Shown here: piece after piece, positions 1 through 8,074 of the stretch | How the letters are laid out: each line of letters starts with the position of its first letter | Position numbering within the stretch: the first letter of the stretch is position 1 | Source: a virus | Virus record (IMG/VR): IMGVR_UViG_3300037502_003155 | Location: 12,926 to 76,925 of that record | Direction: 5' to 3' (one strand) | Length of the DNA stretch: 64,000 nt | Notes under the pieces: generated by a model | What the model saw: only the letters and a program-made list of their open reading frames with translations | Told to the model about the DNA's origin: nothing | The model's database searches: none | Program-made: the position numbers and the translations under genes

Positions 1-116
1 CTGAACGGTTTGCTATGGCGGGATGATTCGCTGATCTGCGATGGCAGGGTACAGAAGGTCTACGCCGCTGGCGACGAGCAACCCCATGTCGAGGTCGTTG
101 TTAGCGAGGCCACCGC

Positions 117-479
117 ATGACCTCTCATGCAAGACGCATCGCCCGCCCACGATGGGAGCCTGAAGCCGTCGCATGGCTCCAGGAATACGCCCCACAGATG
201 GGTTTTGCCAAACTGGTTGATCGCTTTGGTCATGCCGCACGGCAAAACGCATGGAAGCCACGAACAAGCCCCGCTCTGACAATGAAATTGTTTGATTTGG
301 GACTAGAAACTAATCGCCGCGTCATCAACTTGGACACTGGCGAGGTATACCCTGCGGTCAAGAATGCAGCCAAGGCCGTAGGGCGCAAGCCGGAATCAAT
401 ACGTTCAGCCATCCGTGGAGGCGGTACCTGCGCTAGCTACCGCTGGGCTTACGTTGACGATCTGGAGGACGCCGCATGA
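117..479 (+). CDS. NUMOD1-type DNA-binding domain protein
   Basis: C-terminal RRVINLDTGEVYPAVKNAAKAVG...SIRSAIRGGG...YRWAY resembles the NUMOD1/IENR1 HTH. ATGA-coupled to the next gene. Confidence 0.6.
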   Translation: MTSHARRIARPRWEPEAVAWLQEYAPQMGFAKLVDRFGHAARQNAWKPRTSPALTMKLFDLGLETNRRVINLDTGEVYPAVKNAAKAVGRKPESIRSAIRGGGTCASYRWAYVDDLEDAA

Positions 480-805
480 CTCTGGCCTTCAGCTTTGGCC
501 CGTGGGGTGGCTTCTACCTTCACACGGGTTACACCTTTCGTATTTGCCTAGGGTGGGTTGCCATCACCTTTTTGCCTGTTGATTTTGATTATTTACTGGA
601 GATTTCCATGCTCGATCCCGCCATCATCACAGCCCTGTATAGGGTAGCCGACTGTGCCGCTGCCATTACCGAAACGGCCTACCACGATGACACCGAAGAC
701 CCCACACGCCGCACCATTGGCGAGGCTGATTATGTGGCCCTGCACAATGCTCTGGCCGTGCTAGAGGCGCTAGAAGCGGCGGCTAAACAGGAGGTGCAGG
801 AATAA
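476..805 (+). CDS. hypothetical protein
   Basis: GGAGG RBS; overlapping start/stop codons on both sides. Confidence 0.6.
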   Translation: MTLAFSFGPWGGFYLHTGYTFRICLGWVAITFLPVDFDYLLEISMLDPAIITALYRVADCAAAITETAYHDDTEDPTRRTIGEADYVALHNALAVLEALEAAAKQEVQE

Positions 806-1518
806 TGTACACCAGCAATTGCGCGTATTGCGGCACTCAATTTACGTCTTTACGACCTAGAGAATGTTGCCAGCGGTCTTGCTCAGGCAAACTCAATCAT
901 CAACGACTAGGAACCGACTGGTCTCAAGATGCAGAGTTGTGGTTAGAACAAAAAGCAGGAACTATGCCTCTACCAAATTTAACCGCAGCCTACAACCGGT
1001 CGGCAGTTCAATATGGCTGGGCTAATAGAAGCTTAAATTCCATAAAGCTTAAGCTCAAGCGGCTAAATCTTAGCCGCAAGTGTACAGAGAACAACATCAC
1101 TCGCTATGAGTTGGCCAGGGTGCTAGAGATTTCCCCTGACAAGGTACGTGTCTGGACAAAGAATGGATTGCCGTATCGCAAAGTAGCCCGCAATCAAACC
1201 GCCATAAAAATCAGCGATGTTCGTGCGTTTTTGCTGAACAATCCTAGTCGGGCTTTTGGCGTATCTTTTGATGGGCTGTCGTGGCTGATTGGTGAAATTG
1301 ATGCAACCGCTATTTGCGAAGCAGACCATTCTCGGAGAGGACATCGTCGCCCCGTTGTAAATCTGGATACGGGAAAGGTTTACCCCGGCGTTAAGGCAGC
1401 AGCCCGAGAAAACTATCTTACTCACAACTGTATTGCACAATCAATTCAGAGGGGAGGCCGGAGTGGCGGTTGCAGATGGGCCTACATTGATCAAATGGAG
1501 GAACAACGTCATGCCTAA
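805..1518 (+). CDS. DNA-binding protein (N-terminal Cys cluster, HTH, C-terminal NUMOD1)
   Basis: CAYC...CCQRSC at the N-terminus; ITRYELARVLEISPDKVRVW HTH-like segment; C-terminal RPVVNLDTGKVYPGVKAAA...CRWAY paralogous to 117..479. Confidence 0.65.
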   Translation: MYTSNCAYCGTQFTSLRPRECCQRSCSGKLNHQRLGTDWSQDAELWLEQKAGTMPLPNLTAAYNRSAVQYGWANRSLNSIKLKLKRLNLSRKCTENNITRYELARVLEISPDKVRVWTKNGLPYRKVARNQTAIKISDVRAFLLNNPSRAFGVSFDGLSWLIGEIDATAICEADHSRRGHRRPVVNLDTGKVYPGVKAAARENYLTHNCIAQSIQRGGRSGGCRWAYIDQMEEQRHA

Positions 1519-1789
1519 GGCCATAAAGCCCGTAGCCAACCTTGACGAACTCCTAGATGCCACAGTAGATCTCGAGTCCGGCCATCCCATTGAGGCCGTC
1601 TTGGCCCAGCACGGTATCCCAGCACGGCATAGCGCCTACGATGTGGTGCGCCGATACCAAAAGAATTTGGCCTACTACGAAGGGTCTACAACCACCGTGT
1701 ATCAAACGATGTGGCTCAATGCCTGCAAGGAACTAGAGCCTGTAATTAAGGCCATTGCAAAGCATCTGGAGGAACAGCACCATGACTAA
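1511..1789 (+). CDS. hypothetical protein
   Basis: GGAGG RBS before ATG 1511; overlaps its neighbours. Confidence 0.6.
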   Translation: MPKAIKPVANLDELLDATVDLESGHPIEAVLAQHGIPARHSAYDVVRRYQKNLAYYEGSTTTVYQTMWLNACKELEPVIKAIAKHLEEQHHD

Positions 1790-1985
1790 AGGCTTTGCAC
1801 CACCTCGCCCATGGCAATGCCGGATCTACCAAGGTCAGCGCATCCACACCAGCCTGAAGATCGGCACGGTGGACGGCACCACCATCACCCGCAGCAATGC
1901 CCTGAAAACAGCCAAGATCGTCACAGCATTGTTGCAAGAGCCGACCAATACCGACTACCAATGTGGCCTAGCCCGACAAAAAAGG

Positions 1986-2171
1986 ATGAACGCCATCATA
2001 CATCAAATTGCCTACGCTGCCCTTACCTTGGGGGTTGCCGTCGCCCTCGCTTTGCCCGTGGAAGCCACCACACGCCGAGGGTGTGATGACGTAACTGATC
2101 CCCTGTGCGTGCCCTTTGGGGCTACGGAGGGCGATGAACAGGGCAGTGCCCAGCGGGGTACTGGCCGCTAG
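1986..2171 (+). CDS. PatX/PatS-like secreted peptide (signal peptide plus C-terminal RGTGR)
   Basis: MNAIIHQIAYAALTLGVAVALALPVEA is signal-peptide-like and the protein ends QRGTGR-stop. The frame is also open from ATG 1782, so the true start is uncertain. Confidence 0.6.
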   Translation: MNAIIHQIAYAALTLGVAVALALPVEATTRRGCDDVTDPLCVPFGATEGDEQGSAQRGTGR

Positions 2172-2238
2172 GCTCGATGCACGTAACCGGGAGTCGTGCC
2201 CCGGTGCTGCCAGCCCACAGCGTTAGCGAGGCAGATCA

Positions 2239-2490
2239 ATGACCACCGATGTTTTATCAGTCAGGACAATGGACATTGATGTTAAAAGCCGATGGATTGC
2301 TGGAGGTGTTTTAGATGACGGGCAAACGATTGCCTACCCTGCGGTTTATAGCCGAGAAGAGGCTTGGGCCTTCGTCGCGGAACACTACCCAGGGCGTTGC
2401 CTAGTCCGCCATATTAGGGCCACCGTTGACAACATGCCAGCGCAAATGAGCGCTGGCGAAATACCACTGTTTTTTAGTTCACTGGATTAA
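2239..2490 (+). CDS. hypothetical protein
   Basis: GAGG RBS; flanked by a direct repeat (2209-2231 and 2500-2521). Confidence 0.55.
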   Translation: MTTDVLSVRTMDIDVKSRWIAGGVLDDGQTIAYPAVYSREEAWAFVAEHYPGRCLVRHIRATVDNMPAQMSAGEIPLFFSSLD

Positions 2491-2555
2491 CCGCCCGCCG
2501 CCAGCCCACAGCGTAGCGAGGGCATACCGATGAATAAACCAACAAGGACAAACGT

Positions 2556-3356
2556 ATGAGCGACGATATTGTTTTGCATGAAGGGGCCGGAGTATCCGGC
2601 GGGCTTCAGATCCGCACCATGGACGACCTTAGCCGAGTGGCCAAAATGTTGGCTATGTCCAAGTTTTTCAGCGATGCCGCTGACGCTGCTCAGTGTGGCG
2701 TCAAGGTGCTGGCAGGTGCCGAGATGGGCTTTGGTGCCTTTGCCTCGATGACGGGCATCAACATCATCAAGGGGAAGCCCAGCATCGGGGCTAACCTGAT
2801 GGCGGCGGCGGTGAAGCGCCACCCTAATTACAACTATCGGGTTTTGGAGCATACCCCCGAAGTGTGCCGCATTGCATTCTATGAACGTTGGGACGGCAAG
2901 TTGGAGCAGGTAGGGGTAAGCGAATTTACCCTAGCTGACGCCAAAAAAGCAGGCACTCAAAATCTAGAAAAGTTTGCCCGCAACATGCTTTTTGCCCGCG
3001 CCATGAGCAACGGTGTGCGGTGGTATTGCCCCGATGTGTTTGACTCCCCCGTGTACACCCCTGAGGAGTTAGGGGCCAATGTAGACGGAGAGGGCAATTA
3101 TGTAGATGTGCAGGTATTGGAACCGGAAACGGCCCCGACGCCCCTGCGAGTGGCAGAGAACCACCTCGAGGAGCAGGTGGCCGAAATCATCCGCTACGGC
3201 ATGGAGAACGGGCTAGAGGTAGACCGAATCCGCGCACTATGCCGCAAGAGCAACCTGCCCGACACCAAAACGGGCTACACCAACTCCGCCCAGGTAACGA
3301 CCCTGGCGCAACTGATTGAAGACGAAATTAACCTAGCCACCACGGAGGCCGCTTAA
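2556..3356 (+). CDS. RecT-family single-strand annealing protein
   Basis: Motifs KVLAGAEMGFGAFASMTGINIIKGKP and RNMLFARAMSNGVRWYCPDV...YTPEEL; adjacent to ssb. Confidence 0.75.
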   Translation: MSDDIVLHEGAGVSGGLQIRTMDDLSRVAKMLAMSKFFSDAADAAQCGVKVLAGAEMGFGAFASMTGINIIKGKPSIGANLMAAAVKRHPNYNYRVLEHTPEVCRIAFYERWDGKLEQVGVSEFTLADAKKAGTQNLEKFARNMLFARAMSNGVRWYCPDVFDSPVYTPEELGANVDGEGNYVDVQVLEPETAPTPLRVAENHLEEQVAEIIRYGMENGLEVDRIRALCRKSNLPDTKTGYTNSAQVTTLAQLIEDEINLATTEAA

Positions 3357-3358
3357 CC

Positions 3359-3754
3359 ATGCCCGCAGAAGCTACTAACTACAACAGTGTTCAATTGATC
3401 GGCAACCTGGGGGCAGACCCCGAGGTTAAATTCTTCGACTCTGGCTCCCGTGTTGCAGAATGCCGAATTGCCGTTTATGCGGGGAAAGACAAGTCTACGG
3501 GAGAGAATAAGCCCTCGATGTGGTTCACGGTCAAGGCTTGGAATGCCTGCGCCGATGACTTGATGGACTTACGCAAGGGGGATCGACTCCAAGTAGTTGA
3601 GGGGCAACTTTCCCAGGACGCTTGGCAAGATCGGGAAACCGGAGCCAAGCGTAGCAAGGACTATGTGTTGGCCTGGAAAGTAGCCAAGGTTGAACGGCAA
3701 CCACGGGAAGCCCAACCCGCCGCCGCTACCAACTACGACGACATCCCTTTCTAA
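3359..3754 (+). CDS. ssb: single-stranded DNA-binding protein
   Basis: NSVQLIGNLGADPE OB-fold start; acidic DDIPF C-terminal tail. Confidence 0.95.
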   Translation: MPAEATNYNSVQLIGNLGADPEVKFFDSGSRVAECRIAVYAGKDKSTGENKPSMWFTVKAWNACADDLMDLRKGDRLQVVEGQLSQDAWQDRETGAKRSKDYVLAWKVAKVERQPREAQPAAATNYDDIPF

Positions 3755-3825
3755 CCCCACACCCTAGCCCCACACCAGCCCCGGCACTCGCTGGGGCTTT
3801 GCTGTTTACCCAACCAAGGGACACT

Positions 3826-4509
3826 ATGCTAGTCGCGATTGTTGACGTTGAAACCACAGGATTGAACCCCGAAACCGATGCAGTGATTGAGGTTGCCGCC
3901 ATCCTGTATAGCACTGAACACCGAGCCATCTTGCAGCAGGCTTCTACGCTGTTGCCCGTGGCGGCGAACCCTGCCGAGACGGTGAATGGAATATCTCTGG
4001 ACATGGTTAATGCAAGCAACAACCATGCCTGGGACTCCCAAGATTCGATCACGGATGCCATCGTTGAAATGATGGAGGATAGCGCCTACATTGTTGCCTT
4101 CAATTCTGATTTTGATCAGTCGTTCATTGAAACCATGGGCGACACGGCTTGGCAAGTAGAAACACCCTGGGCAGACGCCGCTGCCATCACCTACCCCCGT
4201 ATGGGCCACAAGCGCGATCTGGTGAACATTGCCCTCGCCAACGGTATCCCCATTGTCAATGCCCACCGGGCCTTAGACGATTGCAGAATCCTTGCTGAGC
4301 TACTGAGCAAGGTGCCTGACCTGGATGAGCAGCTAGCTAGAGCGGCACGGTCTAAGGCGACGGTTAAGGCGCTGGTGAGCTACAACCAAAGAGACCTCGC
4401 CAAGGCGGCTGGCTTTATATGGGATGCCATTGTACCCCGTGCATGGGCTAAACGGATGCCCCTTGAGGATGCGGAAGCACTGCCCTTCCCCGTGGAGGTG
4501 GTAGGCTAA
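3826..4509 (+). CDS. DEDDh 3'-5' exonuclease (DnaQ-like)
   Basis: Exo motifs DVETTG, AFNSDFD and HRALDDC. Confidence 0.9.
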   Translation: MLVAIVDVETTGLNPETDAVIEVAAILYSTEHRAILQQASTLLPVAANPAETVNGISLDMVNASNNHAWDSQDSITDAIVEMMEDSAYIVAFNSDFDQSFIETMGDTAWQVETPWADAAAITYPRMGHKRDLVNIALANGIPIVNAHRALDDCRILAELLSKVPDLDEQLARAARSKATVKALVSYNQRDLAKAAGFIWDAIVPRAWAKRMPLEDAEALPFPVEVVG

Positions 4510-4532
4510 GCCCAACAACAACCACACACAAT

Positions 4533-4567
4533 AAACCCCCAGTACCGCAAGGCGCTGGGGGCTTTTT
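4533..4567. terminator. bidirectional intrinsic terminator
   Basis: aaacccccagt...gctgggggcttttt hairpin between convergent units. Confidence 0.7.
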
Positions 4568-4972
4568 GTTGGGGTGGGGTTAGGGTTCAAAAACTGTTAC
4601 TGGGAATGCGCCTCTTCCTGGTTTGTGGCAAAAATGAAGCCGTGCCATCCTCATGCATATCAAAAACTTCCGGCAAATCATCCATCACCCAACCCTCCTA
4701 GGATCAATCGTTTTTATCTCATCCTTAACCCCCAACCGCCGCCACTTGGCCCGCTCCAATGCCGCCGCCTTTTGGCTATAACCCTCGGCGGTAACATGGC
4801 CATCGGGCGAAACCATCACCACCCGGAACACGTCGCCTAGTTCCGTTGCTAGGGCCATGAGTGCCTGGGCCGCATCATCGCCTAGGTGTCGGGTGTTCAG
4901 CCCCGCTTGGGCCTCAGAAACGCAGGCGGGGTTTTTACGTGCCTGGGTTAGTCCCCTCCCCAGGGCTTCTAT

Positions 4973-5551
4973 CTAGGCTAGTGCGGCGATCATCTCGGCT
5001 TTGGATAGGTGGCGACCTTGCCCGTGGGCATTCCGCCATTTCACCCCAGCGGCCTGGCAACGGCAGCGCAATTCGGCACTGGTCACGGGCTTGGGTGCCT
5101 CCACCTTGACCACAGCGACGGCCACGGGTTGGCTGATGGTAGCGGCCATGTCGGGGTAGTGCTGGTTGGTGGCAGGGCTGAAGGGGTCAGATTCGACCAT
5201 TTTCCCGGCGTCGGGAATATGGTCGGCGGGGAGGCAGGCGGCAACCTCCAGCCGTTCGGGCAAGCTCGGCAGGTCGTCCTCGAGGGCGATGGCGGGAAGC
5301 TGCTGGGCAGCGATGAACCATTCCCAGGCTGCGCGGGTCAGCATCCCGGCCCCGATGGCGTAGCACATCACCACGCCGATGATGGTGCCGATGTCCTCGT
5401 AGCGGCGGACGGCTTCAGGGCCGATAAAGGTGTTGACGTACCAGTGATAGGTGGCCTCGGTCTTGGCGGTGGCGACTTCAGAGAACTGATACCAGCGCTC
5501 GGCGGCGAGGGCGATATTGTCGATAGCGTTAATAGGTGCGGCGTAAGTCAT
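4973..5551 (-). CDS. hypothetical protein with a TM segment and a C-terminal Rho-N/HeH-like helix pair
   Basis: GGAG RBS before MTYAAP; C-terminal SAELRCRCQAAG...HLSKAEMIAAL. Confidence 0.6.
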   Translation of the reverse strand: MTYAAPINAIDNIALAAERWYQFSEVATAKTEATYHWYVNTFIGPEAVRRYEDIGTIIGVVMCYAIGAGMLTRAAWEWFIAAQQLPAIALEDDLPSLPERLEVAACLPADHIPDAGKMVESDPFSPATNQHYPDMAATISQPVAVAVVKVEAPKPVTSAELRCRCQAAGVKWRNAHGQGRHLSKAEMIAALA

Positions 5552-5749
5552 CGATTTCAAAGCTCCAAAATCTTGTGGTGAGGTGGCCCCTGTAGCGGTG
5601 GGGCCTACCTTATTGGCGTGGCTGCTGCTATTCCAGCCTGTCACCCATGCAACGCTTGGGGGGCGTTCCCGCTGCTGTTCCGGGACTGTCACCCTATTTG
5701 TATTCCGCCGGGGGGCGGCTGGTAGGCCGTGTTGCCTGCCGATGTAATA

Positions 5750-5779
5750 ACAATAACTGCCCCCCGGTTATCCTGTCAA
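5750..5779 (-). promoter_or_regulatory. sigma70-type early promoter
   Basis: TTGACA-N18-TATTGT on the minus strand. Confidence 0.55.
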
Positions 5780-5964
5780 CCCTTTTCTGAAATTTTTTTC
5801 AAAACCAGAACTTCGCCCTTGGCAATAGCGTCCAAAAGCTTGCTAACGCTAGGGCGTGAATTGTAGGTATAGCCTAGGGTCTGGGCGATATTGGCAAGGG
5901 CCAAAGGCGTATCGGTATCTACTCTGGGCTTAATGGTTGTGCGATTTTCTTTGCGGCGGGGCAT
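5776..5964 (-). CDS. small DNA-binding protein (RHH-like)
   Basis: 62 aa, basic N-terminal strand followed by two helices (SVSKLLDAIAKG). Confidence 0.55.
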   Translation of the reverse strand: MPRRKENRTTIKPRVDTDTPLALANIAQTLGYTYNSRPSVSKLLDAIAKGEVLVLKKISEKG

Positions 5965-6013
5965 GGCGAGAATACGTTAAACTGTACCCCAGTTATAGCA
6001 GAGAGGACGCCCA

Positions 6014-6166
6014 ATGAGAACCCGTAAGGAACGCGCCACTGATCTCGCCACCATGCAGCAGACGGTGGCAGAAGCCCAGGCCCAAGCCGATGCTATGCAG
6101 CGCAAGATGGAGCAGCAGCTACGAGAATTGGGGGACGCCAAGGCCATGATCGAGGAGTGCTGGTAG
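6014..6166 (+). CDS. small coiled-coil protein (50 aa, not in the ORF track)
   Basis: GAGAGGA RBS; MRTRKERATDLATMQQ...IEECW; followed by a terminator hairpin at about 6185-6223. Confidence 0.55.
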   Translation: MRTRKERATDLATMQQTVAEAQAQADAMQRKMEQQLRELGDAKAMIEECW

Positions 6167-6372
6167 CCTACGCATAGCTCCAACAACAAAACCCCCGGCA
6201 CCACACGGCACCGGGGGTTTGTGTTAGTCATCTTCCAGAGTCTCCCAAGACAGCTTCTCAGCGTAAGCTTTGACTTGGGCCACGATACGCTTTGGGACTC
6301 GCATCGTGGTGAGAAGTTCACCTGGGGGGTAGGGTGAGTGGCCTCGCCCACCCCGGCTGTAGTCGCGGCCCT

Positions 6373-6678
6373 TTATGCGGGCACTTTTGGGATTTCTACC
6401 ACAGTCCCCACGGGGGGGGCGGTGCGGCTGTGGCGGGAAGTGACGACAGCACCGCCTAGACGAGGGTCGAAGGTGCCGACCCATTGAGTGGTGTGGTAAT
6501 GATGGGCAAGGGCGGCGTAGAGCCACACAGGCCCACGTCCAGAGATGACTACGCCTTTGGTGCCGTCCACGTCGGGCGGGTTGAGGGTAGCAAGGTCTGC
6601 GGGTTCGCAGACCCCGCCGGGGATCTCGAACTCAAGCAGGGTCGCCCCTGCGAAGGGAGTGGTAGTGAACTGAATCAT
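6373..6678 (-). CDS. csx3: CRISPR-associated ring nuclease Csx3/Crn3 homologue
   Basis: 101 aa; family signature GVVISGRGPVWLYAALAHHYH...WVGTFDPRLGGAVVTSRH; GGAGG RBS. Confidence 0.88.
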   Translation of the reverse strand: MIQFTTTPFAGATLLEFEIPGGVCEPADLATLNPPDVDGTKGVVISGRGPVWLYAALAHHYHTTQWVGTFDPRLGGAVVTSRHSRTAPPVGTVVEIPKVPA

Positions 6679-6740
6679 GCTGCCTCCTTGGGCTGGTTGG
6701 GTGTGCAGGGCTTTACCTGCGGGGCTTGAGAGCGGTGACA

Positions 6741-7208
6741 TTAACGACGCTTGACGGGCCGGGGCTTGCCACTGGGGAGCGACTTGAACTCAGCCCCGAC
6801 CCATTGGCCGAGTTCGTCCAGCACCCACTGAGGGATCGGGATAGGTTCCCCTTTGTAGGCCGCTTTTGTGCGACCCAAGGCAGGGTTCCGGCGGCGGATA
6901 AATCCGCGCTCCAGAGTTTTTTGGGTTTTGTCCTCAATGACCGCGACCATTTTCGCGGGTACGCGAAAATCTTTGTAAACATTTTCGTCAATAGACCATC
7001 TTTTCATGTCAATAAACAACCCGTCTTTGATTACCCGGGTTTTTACTTGGTCTACTTCAACCAGATCGGTTTTTTTGCCGATCCGGATAAAAGTTTCCCA
7101 GTCCTCTCGACTAGGAACGACGGTGCCCTCAGCAAAGAACCATTCTGGGCCCCCATCCGAGGTTCCAGGCATAAACCCCCGGTAATGTCTCAACGCATCA
7201 GTTGCCAT
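6741..7208 (-). CDS. hypothetical protein (candidate anti-defence)
   Basis: 155 aa ORF co-oriented with csx3 and bounded by repeats. Confidence 0.65.
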   Translation of the reverse strand: MATDALRHYRGFMPGTSDGGPEWFFAEGTVVPSREDWETFIRIGKKTDLVEVDQVKTRVIKDGLFIDMKRWSIDENVYKDFRVPAKMVAVIEDKTQKTLERGFIRRRNPALGRTKAAYKGEPIPIPQWVLDELGQWVGAEFKSLPSGKPRPVKRR

Positions 7209-7225
7209 AGTCTTATCGCCGCCCC

Positions 7226-7854
7226 TCTTTTCGGCGCACCCTGCCCACCATGCAGGTTTCTTGGGGATAGTGTTGGTGGAATGCAGGGCTTTACCTGCTG
7301 AGCTTGAGATCGAGTGTGGCTATTCGTCCAAGGCGTCCAAGGCGTCCAAGACAATGTTAAACATTGCCTCAAACCGATACCACTCGGGCTCGGTCGTTGA
7401 TTCGAAAGAAACGACATCTCCCGAATCGGAATCGACAAACCTCAGCAGCCAGTCCATCCACTCTGGGATAACCTGCCCGTAAGCAGGGTATCCGTGAATG
7501 GGAGCAACGGGGACGGAAACCCCGAAGACGGATTTGATGTAGCGGCGGTAGAAGTCTGGCCGCACATCGCAATGCGGGCCGTCTCCACCTCCGTAGCTGC
7601 GAGCTATGCCGAGAGCGGCATAGCCTACAATCACCTCCATCTCGTCGATGGAGTCACACCCTTCGTACTGAAGGATGTGAACTTCCTCCCATTGGGAGGT
7701 GGAAGGGTCTTCCATGTAAGAGCGTTCGGTGCGCTCTTCAGAGACCACGCTGAAATACTGGTCTTGGCTCAAACGACTGTTGTACGCAGGCATAATCTTT
7801 TCGGCGTACCCTGCCCACCATGCAGGTTTACTTGGGGATTTAGTTGGTGGAATG
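7226..7854. repeat. ~58-bp intergenic direct repeat (7226-7283 and 7796-7854)
   Basis: tcttttcggcgYaccctgcccaccatgcaggttt(a)cttggggat....gttggtggaatg in both copies. A second 17-bp repeat, tgcagggctttacctgc, lies at 6704-6720 and 7282-7298. Confidence 0.9.
7320..7793 (-). CDS. acidic hypothetical protein (candidate anti-defence)
   Basis: 157 aa, D/E-rich; first gene after the early promoter. Confidence 0.65.
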   Translation of the reverse strand: MPAYNSRLSQDQYFSVVSEERTERSYMEDPSTSQWEEVHILQYEGCDSIDEMEVIVGYAALGIARSYGGGDGPHCDVRPDFYRRYIKSVFGVSVPVAPIHGYPAYGQVIPEWMDWLLRFVDSDSGDVVSFESTTEPEWYRFEAMFNIVLDALDALDE

Positions 7855-8038
7855 GGGCACCGTGCAACTGCTGCACTTTTGGCCGCTTGCTAGGGTTGTC
7901 GTGGCTGCTCCACCGTGCCCGGTTGCAGTAGCGCCCCTCTCGTGAACGCTAGCGGGACTCGAACCCACCATTTAACTTGCCTAGGGCTGACATCCTGAGA
8001 ACCCTGCCTTGCGGGCTGGTTCAGTGCCCATGAACATA

Positions 8039-8067
8039 ACTGTATACGGTTTGTTTAATGTTGTCAA
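8039..8067 (-). promoter_or_regulatory. sigma70-type early promoter for the csx3 island
   Basis: TTGACA-N17-TACAGT on the minus strand. Confidence 0.65.
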
Positions 8068-8074
8068 CGCCTTT

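Noticed and set aside
6224-6370. Aca-like small regulator after csx3 (RGGRG...TTMRVP...)
   Set aside because: It looks RHH-like, but I found no convincing in-frame start codon, so it was not called as a gene.
6704-7854. CRISPR mini-array near csx3
   Set aside because: The repeats occur only twice each and are separated by whole genes, not by 30-40 bp spacers.
7940-8030. tRNA gene on the minus strand
   Set aside because: A T-arm-like GGTTCGAGTCC is present, but I could not build an acceptor stem, D-arm or anticodon arm.
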